Of a stretch of 64,000 nt of DNA, positions 1 through 12,055 are shown in pieces. The number at the start of each line of letters is the position of its first letter. The first letter of the stretch is position 1. Origin of the DNA: Octopus sinensis (taxonomy: Eukaryota); the NCBI RefSeq assembly GCF_006345805.1, contig NC_043004.1:36022001-36086000 (forward strand), read 5' to 3'. Under the pieces are notes generated by a model that worked only from the letters and a program-made list of their open reading frames with translations, had not been told where the DNA came from and ran no database searches. The position numbers and the translations under genes were made by a program.

Positions 1-132
1 TGAAATTAACTTTACCTCAATTGTTGATATATGATATGTGTTGTGTATATATATAGTGTGTGTATGTGATATGTGAATGTATGTTATATATGTAGTATGT
101 ATGTATATATATATATATATATGTTTGTGTGG

Positions 133-187
<55 letters not shown>

Positions 188-426
188 GTATGTGTGTGTG
201 TATATGTGTATTATATATGTATATATTTATATATATGTATATGTATATGTATGTGTGTGTGTATATGTATATATGTGTATATATATGAGTGTACGCGAGT
301 ATGTCGATGTATATGTAGGTATGTAGAGTTATGTGTATGTGCAGGTATGTGAGTGTAGATTACAAATTGTAGATGGTTATATATATGTATGGTATATACA
401 TGTATATAGGTATATGTATGTGTGTG

Positions 427-459
<33 letters not shown>

Positions 460-1582
460 GCGAGTATGTAAGATATAAGTATGTGCATGTGTATATATAT
501 GTATGGGTATGTGTATGTATGTATATATATATATATGTGTGTGTGTGTGTATGTATGCATATACGTATGTATGTATGTATGTATATGTGTATGTATATAT
601 GTGTGTAAGTTGTGTATATATGTAAATGTAAGTGTTGTGCGTGTATGAGAATGTATGTATGTTTGCACACATGTATATATGTGTGTGTATGTGTATATGT
701 ATGATATATATGTATATATATATGTATATATATATATATGTATATATTGTGTATATGGTGCGTGTGTATACATGTGTGTATGTGTATGTATGTATGTATA
801 TATATGCGTGTGTATGTGTATATGTACATATACGCGTACGCTCGTGTGTTTATGGATATGTAGGTACGTAGAGTTATCTATGTGTGTATTTACATATACA
901 TGTGTGTAAGTATGTATATATATATATATATGTGTAGTGTGTGTGTATGTGTGTATATATATATGTATGTATGTGTATGTGTATATATATGTGTGTATAA
1001 TGTATATTATATATATAAATATATATATATATATATGTGTGTAAGTTTATATGTATGTATCCGTCTATATAATAGGTAACTGCACGTACATATACTTAAT
1101 ATTTATTATTTATTTTTTGAGTATGCATGTAGAATAACTGCGCGTATATATATGTTACTTTTACTTATTTTTTGAGTATGCATGTAAGTATGAATATAAG
1201 AAGAAGCGCGTGTGTGTGTGTGTATGTGTAAGCATAGATATATGTATACTTTTACGCATGTGTGTACTTATGTGTATAATGGATGCGCACGCGTGTGTGT
1301 GTGTGTGGTGTGTAGGGTACGATGTACATGTGTATGTGGTGTATGAGTATATGAGTATGTATGTATGTGTGTGTGTATATTTGTATATGTATATGTATAT
1401 GTATGTGTGTGTGTATGAATATCTATATATATATATATATATATATGCGCGTATTATATGTATGTATGGGGTGTGTGTATGTGTATAAATGTATGGATGT
1501 ATGTATGTATACGTATGTATGTGTATGTGTGATATGTATGTATGTGTATGTGTGTATATATGTATATGTGTGTGTATGCGTA

Positions 1583-1627
<45 letters not shown>

Positions 1628-2220
1628 ATTGTATGTATGTAGGTATATGTATGTGTGTGTATTTATATTTATTGGTGTATATATAGACTAGCCTTCTAAG
1701 AGTGTAGACATGAATCTGTAGGTACGCGTACGTATGTGTATATACGTGAATGTATGTATGTATGTATGAATATAACGCGTGCGTGCGTGTATGTGTATGA
1801 GTGTACGAATGAGTGAGTGTACGTGCTAAAGAGTGTGCGTGAGTGAATGAGTGCTTGTTTCCAGTAGACATATAAATGGACTGCTGTCATAGCCAAGATG
1901 TTTGTGACCAAGCGGCCAAGATAACAAAAGTAATAAACGAAGATATATAAAATTAAAATTAGGGAATGGGTCTGTATTTGTATGTGTATATATAGTGTGT
2001 AGGTTGTAGGTATGCATAGGTACAATTAATATATATATAATATATATATACATGTATGTATACGTGTATGCATGTGAGTGTGTGTGTATGATACATATAT
2101 GTGTATGTGTAGATATGTAATGTATGTGTAAGTGTATTTATATGTATATATATGTGTGTGTATGTATATGTATATATGTTTGTATGTGTGGGTGTATGTG
2201 TATACATGTGTGCATAGGTA
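1..2220. repeat. Compound (TA)n/(TG)n/(TATG)n microsatellite field
   Basis: About 2.2 kb of mostly alternating purine-pyrimidine repeats; the ORFs here are Y/I/C/V/H/T low-complexity translations. Confidence 0.95.
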
Positions 2221-2221
2221 T

Positions 2222-2500
2222 AAGTGAGAATCTCCTTATTTACCTAAAACTCTATTCCCCTTTTTTTATATATAGATTTTTTTATTTTTTTATTTTTATT
2301 CTTCTATCTAATTTAACACTGACTCCTTGACCACTCCCCCAAGTATGATATTTTGCACTATGCCTACCCCCAAAAAGTCCCCCACCAACACCCCTTTAAA
2401 CCTGCCTAAATGTATAAATGCCAATACAATTCTTGTTAACTAGCTTCCTGAAGATTTCTCTTGAATGAAACAGTTCTAGTCCTGTAGAAGCTCCTTCTAT
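2222..2500 (+). mobile_element. Penelope-like element 3' fragment (ORF end plus terminal repeat with hammerhead)
   Basis: Begins with ENLLIY-LK-L-P, resembling the PLE C-terminal E..I..L.TL.P motif; contains a hammerhead fold at 2442-2492; flanked by TA-rich microsatellites. Confidence 0.55.
2442..2492 (+). ncRNA. Type-I hammerhead ribozyme motif, canonical core
   Basis: agcttc-CTGAAGA-t ttc tctt gaa t-GAAA-cag ttctagtc ctg-TA-gaagct: 6-bp stem I, CUGANGA/GAAA core, stem III, GUA triplet (cut after 2486). Stem II closes with U-U. Confidence 0.75.
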
Positions 2501-2527
2501 ATAATAAATATATATATATATATATAC

Positions 2528-2689
2528 AGGTGCAGGAGTGGCTGTATGGTAAGAAACTTGCTTCACAATCACATGGTTCCAGGTTCAGTCTCACTGCATG
2601 GCACCTTGGGCAAGTGTCTTCTACTATAGCCTCAGGCCAACCAAAGCCTTGTGAGTGGATTTGGTAGATGGAAACTGAAAGAAGCTCAT

Positions 2690-2732
<43 letters not shown>

Positions 2733-2768
2733 GTGTGTCTGTGCTTGTCCCCCCTACCATCGCTTGAT
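2528..2768 (+). mobile_element. tRNA-headed SINE, family A (3' truncated)
   Basis: A box tggctgtatggt, B box ggttcagtct, CORE-like ccttgggcaagt; homologous to copies at 8634, 21474 and 27399. Confidence 0.85.
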
Positions 2769-2961
2769 GTTACTTCTAGCAGGTAGGTGCCTCATGTGCC
2801 ATTTTGATAAACATAAATTTTACTTCTATAGTTATCTAACACTATTTAATGTCTGCAACCACCTATATTATTGTTGTTATTATCAATTATTTATATTTAC
2901 CACAGATGATGATAACAATAATAATATCTATATAAATATGCACATTTCAATATTTTCTCCT

Positions 2962-3011
<50 letters not shown>

Positions 3012-3124
3012 ACATATGTATATATATAATTTTTTTAAAATGGAGAAGTAAAGACATCAAGAAAAAAAACAGTGTGAAGACATAAGTATTAATGAGACGC
3101 TCAGAGAAGGAAAGAAAGAGTGGT

Positions 3125-3161
3125 TGTTTTACGTTTTGAGCAAAGCTCTTCTTCAGAAACA
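3125..3161 (-). ncRNA. Minimal PLE-type hammerhead motif with G12A
   Basis: Minus strand tgttt-CTGAAGA-a-gagc ttt gctc-AAAA-cg-TA-aaaca: 5-bp stem I, 4-bp stem II, palindromic ACGT stem III; GAAA reads AAAA. Lies in a ~3040-3240 unique island between (TA)n tracts. Confidence 0.7.
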
Positions 3162-3311
3162 GGAGACATAGGAAAGTCGAAAAGAAAAGGAAGAAGGAGG
3201 GAAAAAAATTGCCAACACTCCATGTGTAATTACATTTTATACATATATATATATATATATATAAATTGGACATTAAATGATTATATATATATATATATAT
3301 ATATATATAAG

Positions 3312-3343
<32 letters not shown>

Positions 3344-3746
3344 TACATGATGGTCCTAATTGGGGAGAAAATCAGAGTAACTTCCAATGCAGCACCCAAT
3401 CCAAGCTTGAAACTATCTTCTCTCTTGAACAGAAGTTTCAAAGAAGATAAAAATTCTGCTGGTGTAGAAAATCTAAGAATCACATGTTTGAGCAAAGAGT
3501 GAAATATAATTCAAATAAGAACACAGAAGAATGCACTTTGCACAGCTTTAATTACAAGTAACAATTGTTTCAATATCACTCTGTTTTCAATGGCATTGCA
3601 TGCAAACCTTCCAGGTGAAGACTTAATACTTGCAGTCTTATACTTTAGAGTAGCATCACATCAGATTTGCATCAAAACATACTCTCCTCATTGTGCCAAT
3701 GAAAATGTGCTAAACTCTTTCTTTGTCTATGTTCTTTTTATTTAGA

Positions 3747-3783
<37 letters not shown>

Positions 3784-3961
3784 ATATATATGCATACACA
3801 CATGTGTGCATGATGAAAGAGAGATGGACAGATTTTCGAAAATGATGATGATAATGATATATATAAATGAATGTGTTATTTGTGTGTATACATATATTTA
3901 TCTGTTATAATAATAATAATAATAATAATATTAATAATAATAATAATAATAATGAAATTAT

Positions 3962-3994
<33 letters not shown>

Positions 3995-4016
3995 GTGTGT
4001 GTGTGTGTGTGTATAG

Positions 4017-4520
4017 CAGTGGTGGGTCATATAATGTATGTTGACACATTTTTCCATTTCTTTTGGTCTATGTTATGAATAAGTTGTTTAGAGTAACTGT
4101 TCCTAATCAGCCTGCAAGATGTAGTTTACGCTTGAAACCTGCCCACAAAACCAAATCCATTGGATACCCCTGCCTTAAACATTTCAAATGAGATTATAGG
4201 AGAAACTTACTACATAGGTTTTGGGAAGAAAAAGAATGTTCTTCTGGAATAGATCTTGGTACCAACTTGCTTCAATATTTTTATCAGTGAGAATGTCTGA
4301 AACAAGATCCTTTAAATTTAGATACACGAGAGATGTAACGATAAATTAAACATCCAGTTTTAAGAGTGAATGGAAGACAATACTTGGGGGATCTATTCCA
4401 GCTATAAAGGTTTTCTTAATGAACTGGTGCTATTTAGAACATTGATGACATCTATTCCATCTCAACAACAATTATGCAAATCAAAACTCAAACAAACACC
4501 ATAAATGCCTGGGAGAATTA
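4017..4520 (+). mobile_element. Degenerate hAT-like relic (TIR-like ends at 4017 and 4172, possible transposase remnant ~4320-4450)
   Basis: ttggatacccctg (4160-4172) resembles the reverse complement of a CAGGGGTGTCCAA-type hAT TIR; DKLNIQF...KGFLNELVLFRT resembles the hAT LNxxLQ...AFxxKLxLF region. Flanking 8-mers are not identical. Confidence 0.3.
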
Positions 4521-4745
4521 CATTTGGTAGACGATGATAAAAGAGAGGCATCAGGCTTCTCAAAATGTTGTTTACAAATTCATTCTATCTTATCTAGAAA
4601 TAAAGTGAGAAAATTTAAAATGGCACAACGATATTGTAATCACTTTCTGTGTGTCAGACTGCCTGTCCATGTCGCATTATATATATATATCTTTATAATT
4701 ATTTATATATATATATATATATATATGAATAATATATAGGTATGC

Positions 4746-4776
<31 letters not shown>

Positions 4777-4835
4777 TATATATACATATATATGTATATG
4801 TATGTATATATATATATAAATAATATATAGGTATG

Positions 4836-4867
<32 letters not shown>

Positions 4868-4964
4868 TGTATGCATATACACACATATATATGTATGTAT
4901 ATACACACGCACACATTATATTCAGTAATGTTGCTTATAACCATGTGTGTTTGAATCTCTATAA

Positions 4965-5140
4965 TATAGAAACATCACATGATATGTTTAATTCATTAAC
5001 AATTCTATTTACATATTTTCTGCAAACACCTGCAATATTACTTTCCGCTTTATCAATGGGAGCTGCATTAACATATTTCTGATGTAACACCTTTAAATAG
5101 AATATTACAGTAAAGCCATTCAAAAACACCCACATCTATA
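4965..5140 (-). mobile_element. Penelope-like element pre-RT fragment
   Basis: Minus frame LHQKYVNAAPIDKAESNIAGVCRKYVNRIVNELNI matches the PLE pre-RT motif pattern LHxKYVxxPxDKAxNNI..VCK. Confidence 0.6.
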
Positions 5141-5202
5141 TACATATTTATCATATTTATACACCCAAACACATACAAATATATATATATACACACACAA
5201 AC

Positions 5203-5240
<38 letters not shown>

Positions 5241-5979
5241 AACATATATATATATATATAAACATATATATATATATATATATACACACATACATACATT
5301 CATATATATACATATATGTATATACATATGTATGTATGTATGAATATGTATATGCGTAGAAAGAGATAAACATTTCAGAGATGCTACGTTAAGAAAATCT
5401 TTGTATACTCTCCTAGCAGTACATTTAGTGGTGCACTTATATATATGTACATAATCAACATTTATACTTTAGAAGTGCACAACTGTGTAGGTATATGTAG
5501 ACATGTATGAGAGAGTAAGTACATGTATGCATGTATCAACAAGTGTTTAAGTATGTGTATATATATGCATCTGAAGGTGTATGTACATGTCTGTATATAT
5601 GTGAGCAATGGGATTAGTGTATGTTTTAACATATGTTCAAGGGTTTTTGTTCCTGTACCCATCTGCATATGATTTATATTATTCAGGATTTGTGTTTGTA
5701 AAGTATGTTGATTGAGGCCAGGTGATAACAATTAATTGAATTTTTTAAAATTTGGTTTTACATTGATATGGACAAGTATCCCATCTCTCTGTATCTTTTT
5801 CACCCCCATCTCTCTTTATCACTCTACATGTATTTCATATATATAATGGGAACGTGAAACTCTGAGTAACAGCTTTTGTTATATTTCTGCTGCTTTTAAA
5901 TAAAGCATATTACTCTACCTCTCGTATTTGGGTACTCTTTTTTCCACCTTGTTTCACATTCTGTGCTTACTCGGTTTTT

Positions 5980-6086
5980 ACATACATACTCATCTACATA
6001 CATACTACATACATTCATCATCATACTTACATACACATACATACATCATACATATACATACTACATACATCATACATACATACATA

Positions 6087-6119
<33 letters not shown>

Positions 6120-6265
6120 TACTACATATACATACCTACATACAATATATATACATACATATATACCTACATACATACATATATAATACATACATATATA
6201 CATACATACATAATATATAAATACATACATATATATATACATACATACATATATATATACATACA

Positions 6266-6306
<41 letters not shown>

Positions 6307-6339
6307 ATATATACATACATATATATATATACATACATA

Positions 6340-6394
<55 letters not shown>

Positions 6395-6450
6395 ATATGC
6401 ACACAAAGAAACCTACATACATATATATACAAACTCACACACTCATATAA
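5980..6450. repeat. (TACA)n/(TA)n microsatellite
   Basis: Direct inspection. Confidence 0.95.
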
Positions 6451-6865
6451 TGTAAAAATACATTTCAACTTCCATTTTCCTATGTTGGTGTTGGTTCAAA
6501 AAGTCATCACAGTCTGAGCCACTTTTTATTCTTATTACTTCACCTCTTCAGAGTTTGATATTTTTTGCTAAACACTGAGGAGGTATTTTATAAACTTACA
6601 TAATTTTTCACTAAGCAATTATGTAATTTTGGCAGTTAATTTTTCAAAACATGTGTATGTTTTAGAAAGCATAAAATAACAAGTTTGTTTACTGAATTTT
6701 ATTGATACTATTACAGAACTTGCATTCCACAAACTAGTCTTAAAGCATTATGTATAGGAGTGGTGTGTGAAACATACTACTGAGCCCACAGTTTGATTGC
6801 ATGCCACACTCCACAACATATACATATTCTATATATATATATAAATATACGTCGATACTCTACTT

Positions 6866-7279
6866 GTGAAGACCCGTTGAGGCAAGTGAGGATCAGAATG
6901 GAAATCGATCAATGGAAATTGCAGATGTGTTACCAGTGCCGGTGGCATGTAAGAGAACCTTCCGTTTCGCGACCGTTGCCAGCACCGCCCCATTTCGTGT
7001 CCGTTGCCAGTCTCGCCTGGCCCTTGTGCCGGTGGCACATAAAAAGCACCATCCGTTCGTGGCCGTTTGCCAGCTCTGTCTGGCACCTGTGCGGGTGGCA
7101 CATAAAAAGCACCCACTACACTCACGGAGTGGTTGGCGTTAGGAAGGGCATCCAGCCGTACAAACACTGCCAGATTTGACTGGGCCTGATGAAGCCTTCT
7201 GGCTTCACAGACCCCAGTAGAACCGTCCAACCCATGCTAGCATGGAAAACGGACGCTAAACGACGATGATGATGATGAT
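6866..7279 (+). mobile_element. RTE-LINE 3'-UTR-derived repeat, family B, with (GAT)n tail
   Basis: Internal gtgccggtggcac repeats then ...aacccatgctagcatggaaaacggacg...gatgatgat; the same sequence is the 3' end of the LINE at 40600-42850. Confidence 0.85.
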
Positions 7280-7329
7280 AATCTCTACATACATATTTAT
7301 TTATGCAAAACATGCGCACATATTATATA

Positions 7330-8524
7330 TATATATAGAAAATAGTAAAAAGTGCAAAAACTACAGAAGGCTTAAAGGTTAAAAAATATATATTTGAGTC
7401 AATATGTCTGAAGAATATTAAATATTTTTTTCTTACAATGACATAGTTTAGAAGAACGACCGGTTTCGCGTTTAGCTTTTCAAATTTCTAACGTCGTTAT
7501 GTTTATGTTGGACAGAGTTATCGTTATGTTTATGTTTAAAAGAGTTCTAAATAAGGGGAGGTAATGAGTGATTTCTTCCGGTGTAAGGGAGATAATCGCT
7601 TACAATTTTTTGCCTTTCCCTTGGTGTGAATTTTTCTGTATCAGTATGTTGGCATGGTTAAGTCTGGGCTTGTACTTTTCAATGAAGAAGTTTCCTTGTT
7701 TAGTCTAATTTGTGTTGATGATCCGATAGCACATTGGTAAAATGGAAAGATAAAAATTGTGGTAGTAGTTGCTTTGCGCATTTCTCAATGTGCTCACTAA
7801 AAGGTATCATTCTGTATTCTGGGAATGCAATCTGTTGTCGATGCAGTGTGCATCTACGTCTGAGTGATAGTCCCGTGGATCCCACGTAGTTTGGTGGCAG
7901 CCCGAGCATTTTATGACATAAATTATGTTTTCAGAGGCACAAGTAAAGTTAGATTTGATCTTGAATTTCTGTCCCTCTTTGAAGAGGAATTCTGATCCTT
8001 CTAGCAGGTTTGGACATGTTGCACAGTTCAATCTACCACATTTTTTTACTTTTGCATCCATAATTTCAGAAAACAATTTTGCCTTTGTGAGAATCTTTTT
8101 AAGTGATTTAGGTTGTTTGTAGCTTTTAATGATTGGTGTATGTTTAGAATTTCCTTTAATTTGGGGTCCTTATGAAGTATTGGTAATTCTGGGTGATGAT
8201 GGTGAAGCTTCTTTGTTTCTGGGGTTGTATGTAGATATGTAAGGTAGTATTTTCGGGGAAGGTGTGTTGTTGTGTTGAACTTTTCTTAAAGTTTCTATGT
8301 TGATTTCTGTTGCACGTCTGATCCCATCCTCTATGAGTTGAGCTGGGTAATGTCTGTCAATTAAGGTGTTTTTGAGTTTTGCAGTCTAAAGTTCCTGGTA
8401 TTTTGTTCTGACACTATTGTGCATATCCTTCTTGCAAGGTTGAGGGGGGGTGTTTGTTTTAGTGTGTCTTGGGTGGCATGAATTAAAAAGAAGGTATTGT
8501 TTGGCGTCTGTGGCTTTGTAAAAA

Positions 8525-8527
<3 letters not shown>
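7330..8527 (-). mobile_element. 5'-truncated Penelope-like retroelement: RT thumb + GIY-YIG endonuclease (frameshifted) + 3' terminal region
   Basis: FYKATDAKQYLLFNSCHPRHTK...NLARRICTIVS (PLE RT thumb); CGRLNCATC; FTCASENIIYVIKCSGC / NYVGSTGLSLRRRCTLHRQQI (GIY-YIG, split by a frameshift near 7895); KYKPRLN C-terminus; (TA)n on both sides. Confidence 0.92.
7453..7489 (-). ncRNA. Minimal hammerhead motif with U3-A8 core
   Basis: Minus strand agaaat-TTGAAAA-gc taaac gc-GAAA-ccgg-TC-gttct: palindromic ACCGGT stem III, GUC triplet, downstream of the GIY-YIG ORF on the same strand. Stem II is only 2 bp and stem I is imperfect. Confidence 0.6.
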
Positions 8528-8563
<36 letters not shown>

Positions 8564-8633
8564 TATATAATATATAATTAAATAGAGAGATACAATTGAC
8601 AATCCAATAATTTATTTATAATATACCATAATA

Positions 8634-9126
8634 TACTCTTTACTCTTTTACTTGTTTCAGTCATTTGACTGCAGCCATGCTGGAGCACCGCCTTTAATCG
8701 AGCAACTCGACCCCGGGACTTATTCTTTTGTAAGCCCAGTACTTATTCTATCGGTCTCTTTTGCCGAACCGCTAAGTGACGGGGACGCAAACACACCAAC
8801 ATCGATTGTCAAGCAATGCTAGGGGGACAAACACAGACACACAAACATATATACACACATACATATACATATATACGACAGGCTTCTTTCAGTTTCCGTC
8901 TACCAAATCCACTCACAAGGCATTGGTCAGCCGGGGCTATAGCAGAAGACACTTGCCCAAAATGCCACGCAGTGGGACTGAACCCAGAACCATGTAGTTG
9001 GTAAGCAAGCTACTTACCACACAGCCACTCCTGCGCCTCCACGCAGCCACTCCTGCGCCTCCACACAGCCACTCCTGCACCTCCACACAGCCACTCCTGC
9101 GCCTCCACACAGCCACTCCTGCGCCT
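8634..9126 (-). mobile_element. SINE family A, full length, head duplicated five times
   Basis: Complete head-to-(aaagagt) tail; a 22-bp unit is repeated at 9017-9126. Confidence 0.9.
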
Positions 9127-9239
9127 ATGAATATAATATAACATGATATAAGATAACATAAACAATTATTAAAACATCCAAATGCCAAAATTTGTTTCAG
9201 CTTATATACTTTTTTGATATATAAACAATTCCTTATATA

Positions 9240-9315
<76 letters not shown>

Positions 9316-10499
9316 TATATATATATATATATAATATATATATATATATGCATATGTATAAATATATTTAGCAATTTTTTAGTATGTAATTGATAATGTT
9401 CGTTAGACTAGCGCTGCTTCTCTTTTGCATTTGAATTCATTCTTATGTTTGCATTGTGCAGGCATACCTGCTCATAATTTGCACACGATATGCATATGTT
9501 GTCGACTGGAGATATGATTTATCTCCAACCCTGTTTATGTACGAGAGGTTGATAATTCACCGAAATGGCATACATTGATGTCCATTACTCCTAGATGGGA
9601 TTAGAGGTGAGTTATCTCACCTGTCCATGACTTTTAGGTGTTTTAACACCTGGCATTCAATGAGAGTATTCTCCCTCGACCAGATCACAGCCTACCAGCA
9701 AATACAAGTCAGACACACATTAAGTATGTGTGGTTCATAAATACTAGCACTGCTTCTATTTCATATTTGAATGTGTGTGTGTGTGTGTGTACATATAAGG
9801 GACTTCTTTAAATCACAAAACGTTCCCCATTTAAGGTGTATACTAGAAAATACCTGGTGGAGGTGCTACATGGTGGGACTGAACCCAGAGCCATGTGGCT
9901 GAGAAGGTAACTTCTTACCACTCTTGCACCAATATATGTATATATATGTGGAAGTAGGAGAGAAAGGGGTGAAAGAAACAATGCATGAAATTATACTTCC
10001 AAGTGTGTGTGGTGTGCATGCATGTGTGTGTGCGTGTGTGTATTTGTGCCTGTTCATTATAATATTTGTGTGCAATGCTTTGTGTTACTGGACATAATGG
10101 GAAACTATGTTTTGTTATCACAGTTTTATCACATAATTACTAAGTTTGATAAAATCTTAAACAGCATTCCTTATCTAATATCACATTATAGCACAAAAGA
10201 GAATCATAAATGTTCTTTTATTAGAAATTTCAAATCAGATGAAAAATATTATCATACACTATAGTGTTCCTGAAGTTGTTCTTGTTGTTGTAGTTTGTTT
10301 TTATTTTTGTTATAGATGTTTTTGCTTTTTTTTCATTATATTAAATTGTGAAATATTTCAATATTGCCAGTTATTGTGCTCAAAACAAAATCCTGGAATC
10401 TAATCTTCATAATTAATTCAAAAAAATTTGTCATAATTGATCATATTCAAATCATTTCTTAGGGTCTTTTGCTTTTTGCTTCCATTTTCTTTCTCAAAG

Positions 10500-10539
10500 A
10501 CCTGTTGGTAGCAATGTCAGTTGCAGATTGGACATCTAG
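10500..10539 (+). CDS. Candidate internal exon (xLLVAMSVADWTSR)
   Basis: Pyrimidine tract + AG acceptor, AG|gtaaat donor, open frame, phase-compatible with 15587; no transcript evidence. Confidence 0.25.
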
Positions 10540-11767
10540 GTAAATGGTTAACACTTCATGTTCTGTAATTGATGCTGAACTCTCTCCACAGCCAACGTAA
10601 TTAACTCTCAATGACCATGTACAGAGAGGCATAATTTACCATTGTAAGTAGCAGCACCAATTTCAACCTCTGCTATGAAAGTGTCTACAAAATAATAGAT
10701 TCCACTGATCTCACTTGAAAGTCAATAAGTCTTATCAGCTATTGATGGACAATTTTGATAAGGAAAATTCAAGTTATTGATTCGATCATCTGACAATAGA
10801 TAGATTATCAACAAGAGAACAGAGAGTAAATTTCAAAGTTTGGCAGTTCTTCTGCTCTTACCAACGATGTATTGTGTCCATCAATTAATATTTTAGCATG
10901 TCTAGCTGATGCTAGAAACTACAGGATACTATAAGCAGGAGGAGCAATATAAATCTGGCTAGTGTTGCATCAACTTGTTCTGAGATCAAGTCCTCTATTG
11001 GACAGGGCTCTGAAAGTATGGGACTAATGAGGCTTCAAGCTTTTATAAGATAAAAGACAAATATTTACCCAAAATAAGATCCTGGTTTATTTCATATGAA
11101 ATTCTCTGATGATCTGAGATCTACTCCCTCAGTTGACTTGCTAGAAATAATTGTTGAATATCCCTCCAATGCTGTCCCACTGTTGAGCACACATTAATTA
11201 ATTTAACTCTTTATACACTATTGCTGACAAAAAGACAAGATGGTCATGGCTGATATGACTGTGGTCATAAGCCTGCTCATTAGGGGCCAACTAAATAAAA
11301 GCAGTACTTCCCTGGAAAATAATGAGCATGTAAATTATATCTAAAGTGATGACTTTTTAAACACAAGGGGCCATAAATCTCACACCCTTATTATTCCTTA
11401 GAGGAGTAATGTTGGCCAGTAACGCGTATTTGACAACATCATGAAGTTTTTATGTGGAGAAAAGTTGTTGGAATTAGATATGGCACCCAGCTGCAAATGC
11501 TAAGCCAAAGCAGACAGTGGAGGTTGGCACAGCCCCTCTCCCCACCCCGAATCACCAGCTCCTGTCAAACCATCTAATCCAGGCTTTCATGGAAAATGGA
11601 CATTAAATGATAATGATGATGATGATATATGAATATATGTATATATATATATATAACTTCGACGTCAATTCTTCTAACAGTTTTTTTAAAAAAGCACTCA
11701 TTATCGCTTTGTTTACCATGTAGGAAATCATCGAAATTTTTGTTTGTCTTGTTGTCGAGAGAGACTA

Positions 11768-11860
11768 CCTTGCTTTCCTGATGAGAAGATTGCATAATGC
11801 ACCCTTTATTCCTTTGGAATGAAAACATGCTGTCTTCAAAACATATGTCGAGAGTAAAGG
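11768..11860 (+). ncRNA. Type-I hammerhead motif with long stem II and G12A
   Basis: ccttgctttc-CTGATGA-gaagattgcat...atgctgtcttc-AAAA-catatg-TC-gagagtaaagg: ~10-bp stem I, ~10-bp stem II, palindromic ACATATGT stem III, GUC (cut after 11849). Inside a ~400-bp island (11656-12058) flanked by (TA)n. Confidence 0.8.
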
Positions 11861-12055
11861 AATTTTGTTAACATCTTCGTTCGACTCCATTCTTTCATTT
11901 ATTCATATACAACACACAAATTTCTGCACATGAACCCGGAGTTTCTACCCTTGACAGGTCACTTCAACCATGTTTCTGACATGAATTTGCTACCCAGGTT
12001 TCGGTTAAACGAATTTTCCATGCCGACAATAAACATAGGATAATTCATTCACCTA

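Noticed and set aside
73-2330. Many long ORFs (up to 236 aa), and similar ones at 5928-6468, 12092-12541, 22190-22550 and 45679-46205
   Set aside because: Translations of (TA)/(TG)/(CA) repeats that lack stop codons; no protein-like complexity.
2528-2600. tRNA-like A and B boxes (also at 55400-55482 and 58439-58510)
   Set aside because: Heads of SINEs with bodies, tails and in two cases TSDs; no complete cloverleaf.
3343-3720. Unique stretch with a protein-like minus frame (LKHVILRFSTPAEF...)
   Set aside because: No recognisable motif or convincing splice pair; runs into microsatellite.
7186-7210. CTGATGA followed by hairpin agcc ttct ggct
   Set aside because: No GAAA, stem III or stem I, and other family B copies lack CTGATGA; not a hammerhead.
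9017-9126. 22-bp repeat array as CRISPR
   Set aside because: No spacers; it is the duplicated SINE head in eukaryotic DNA with no cas genes.
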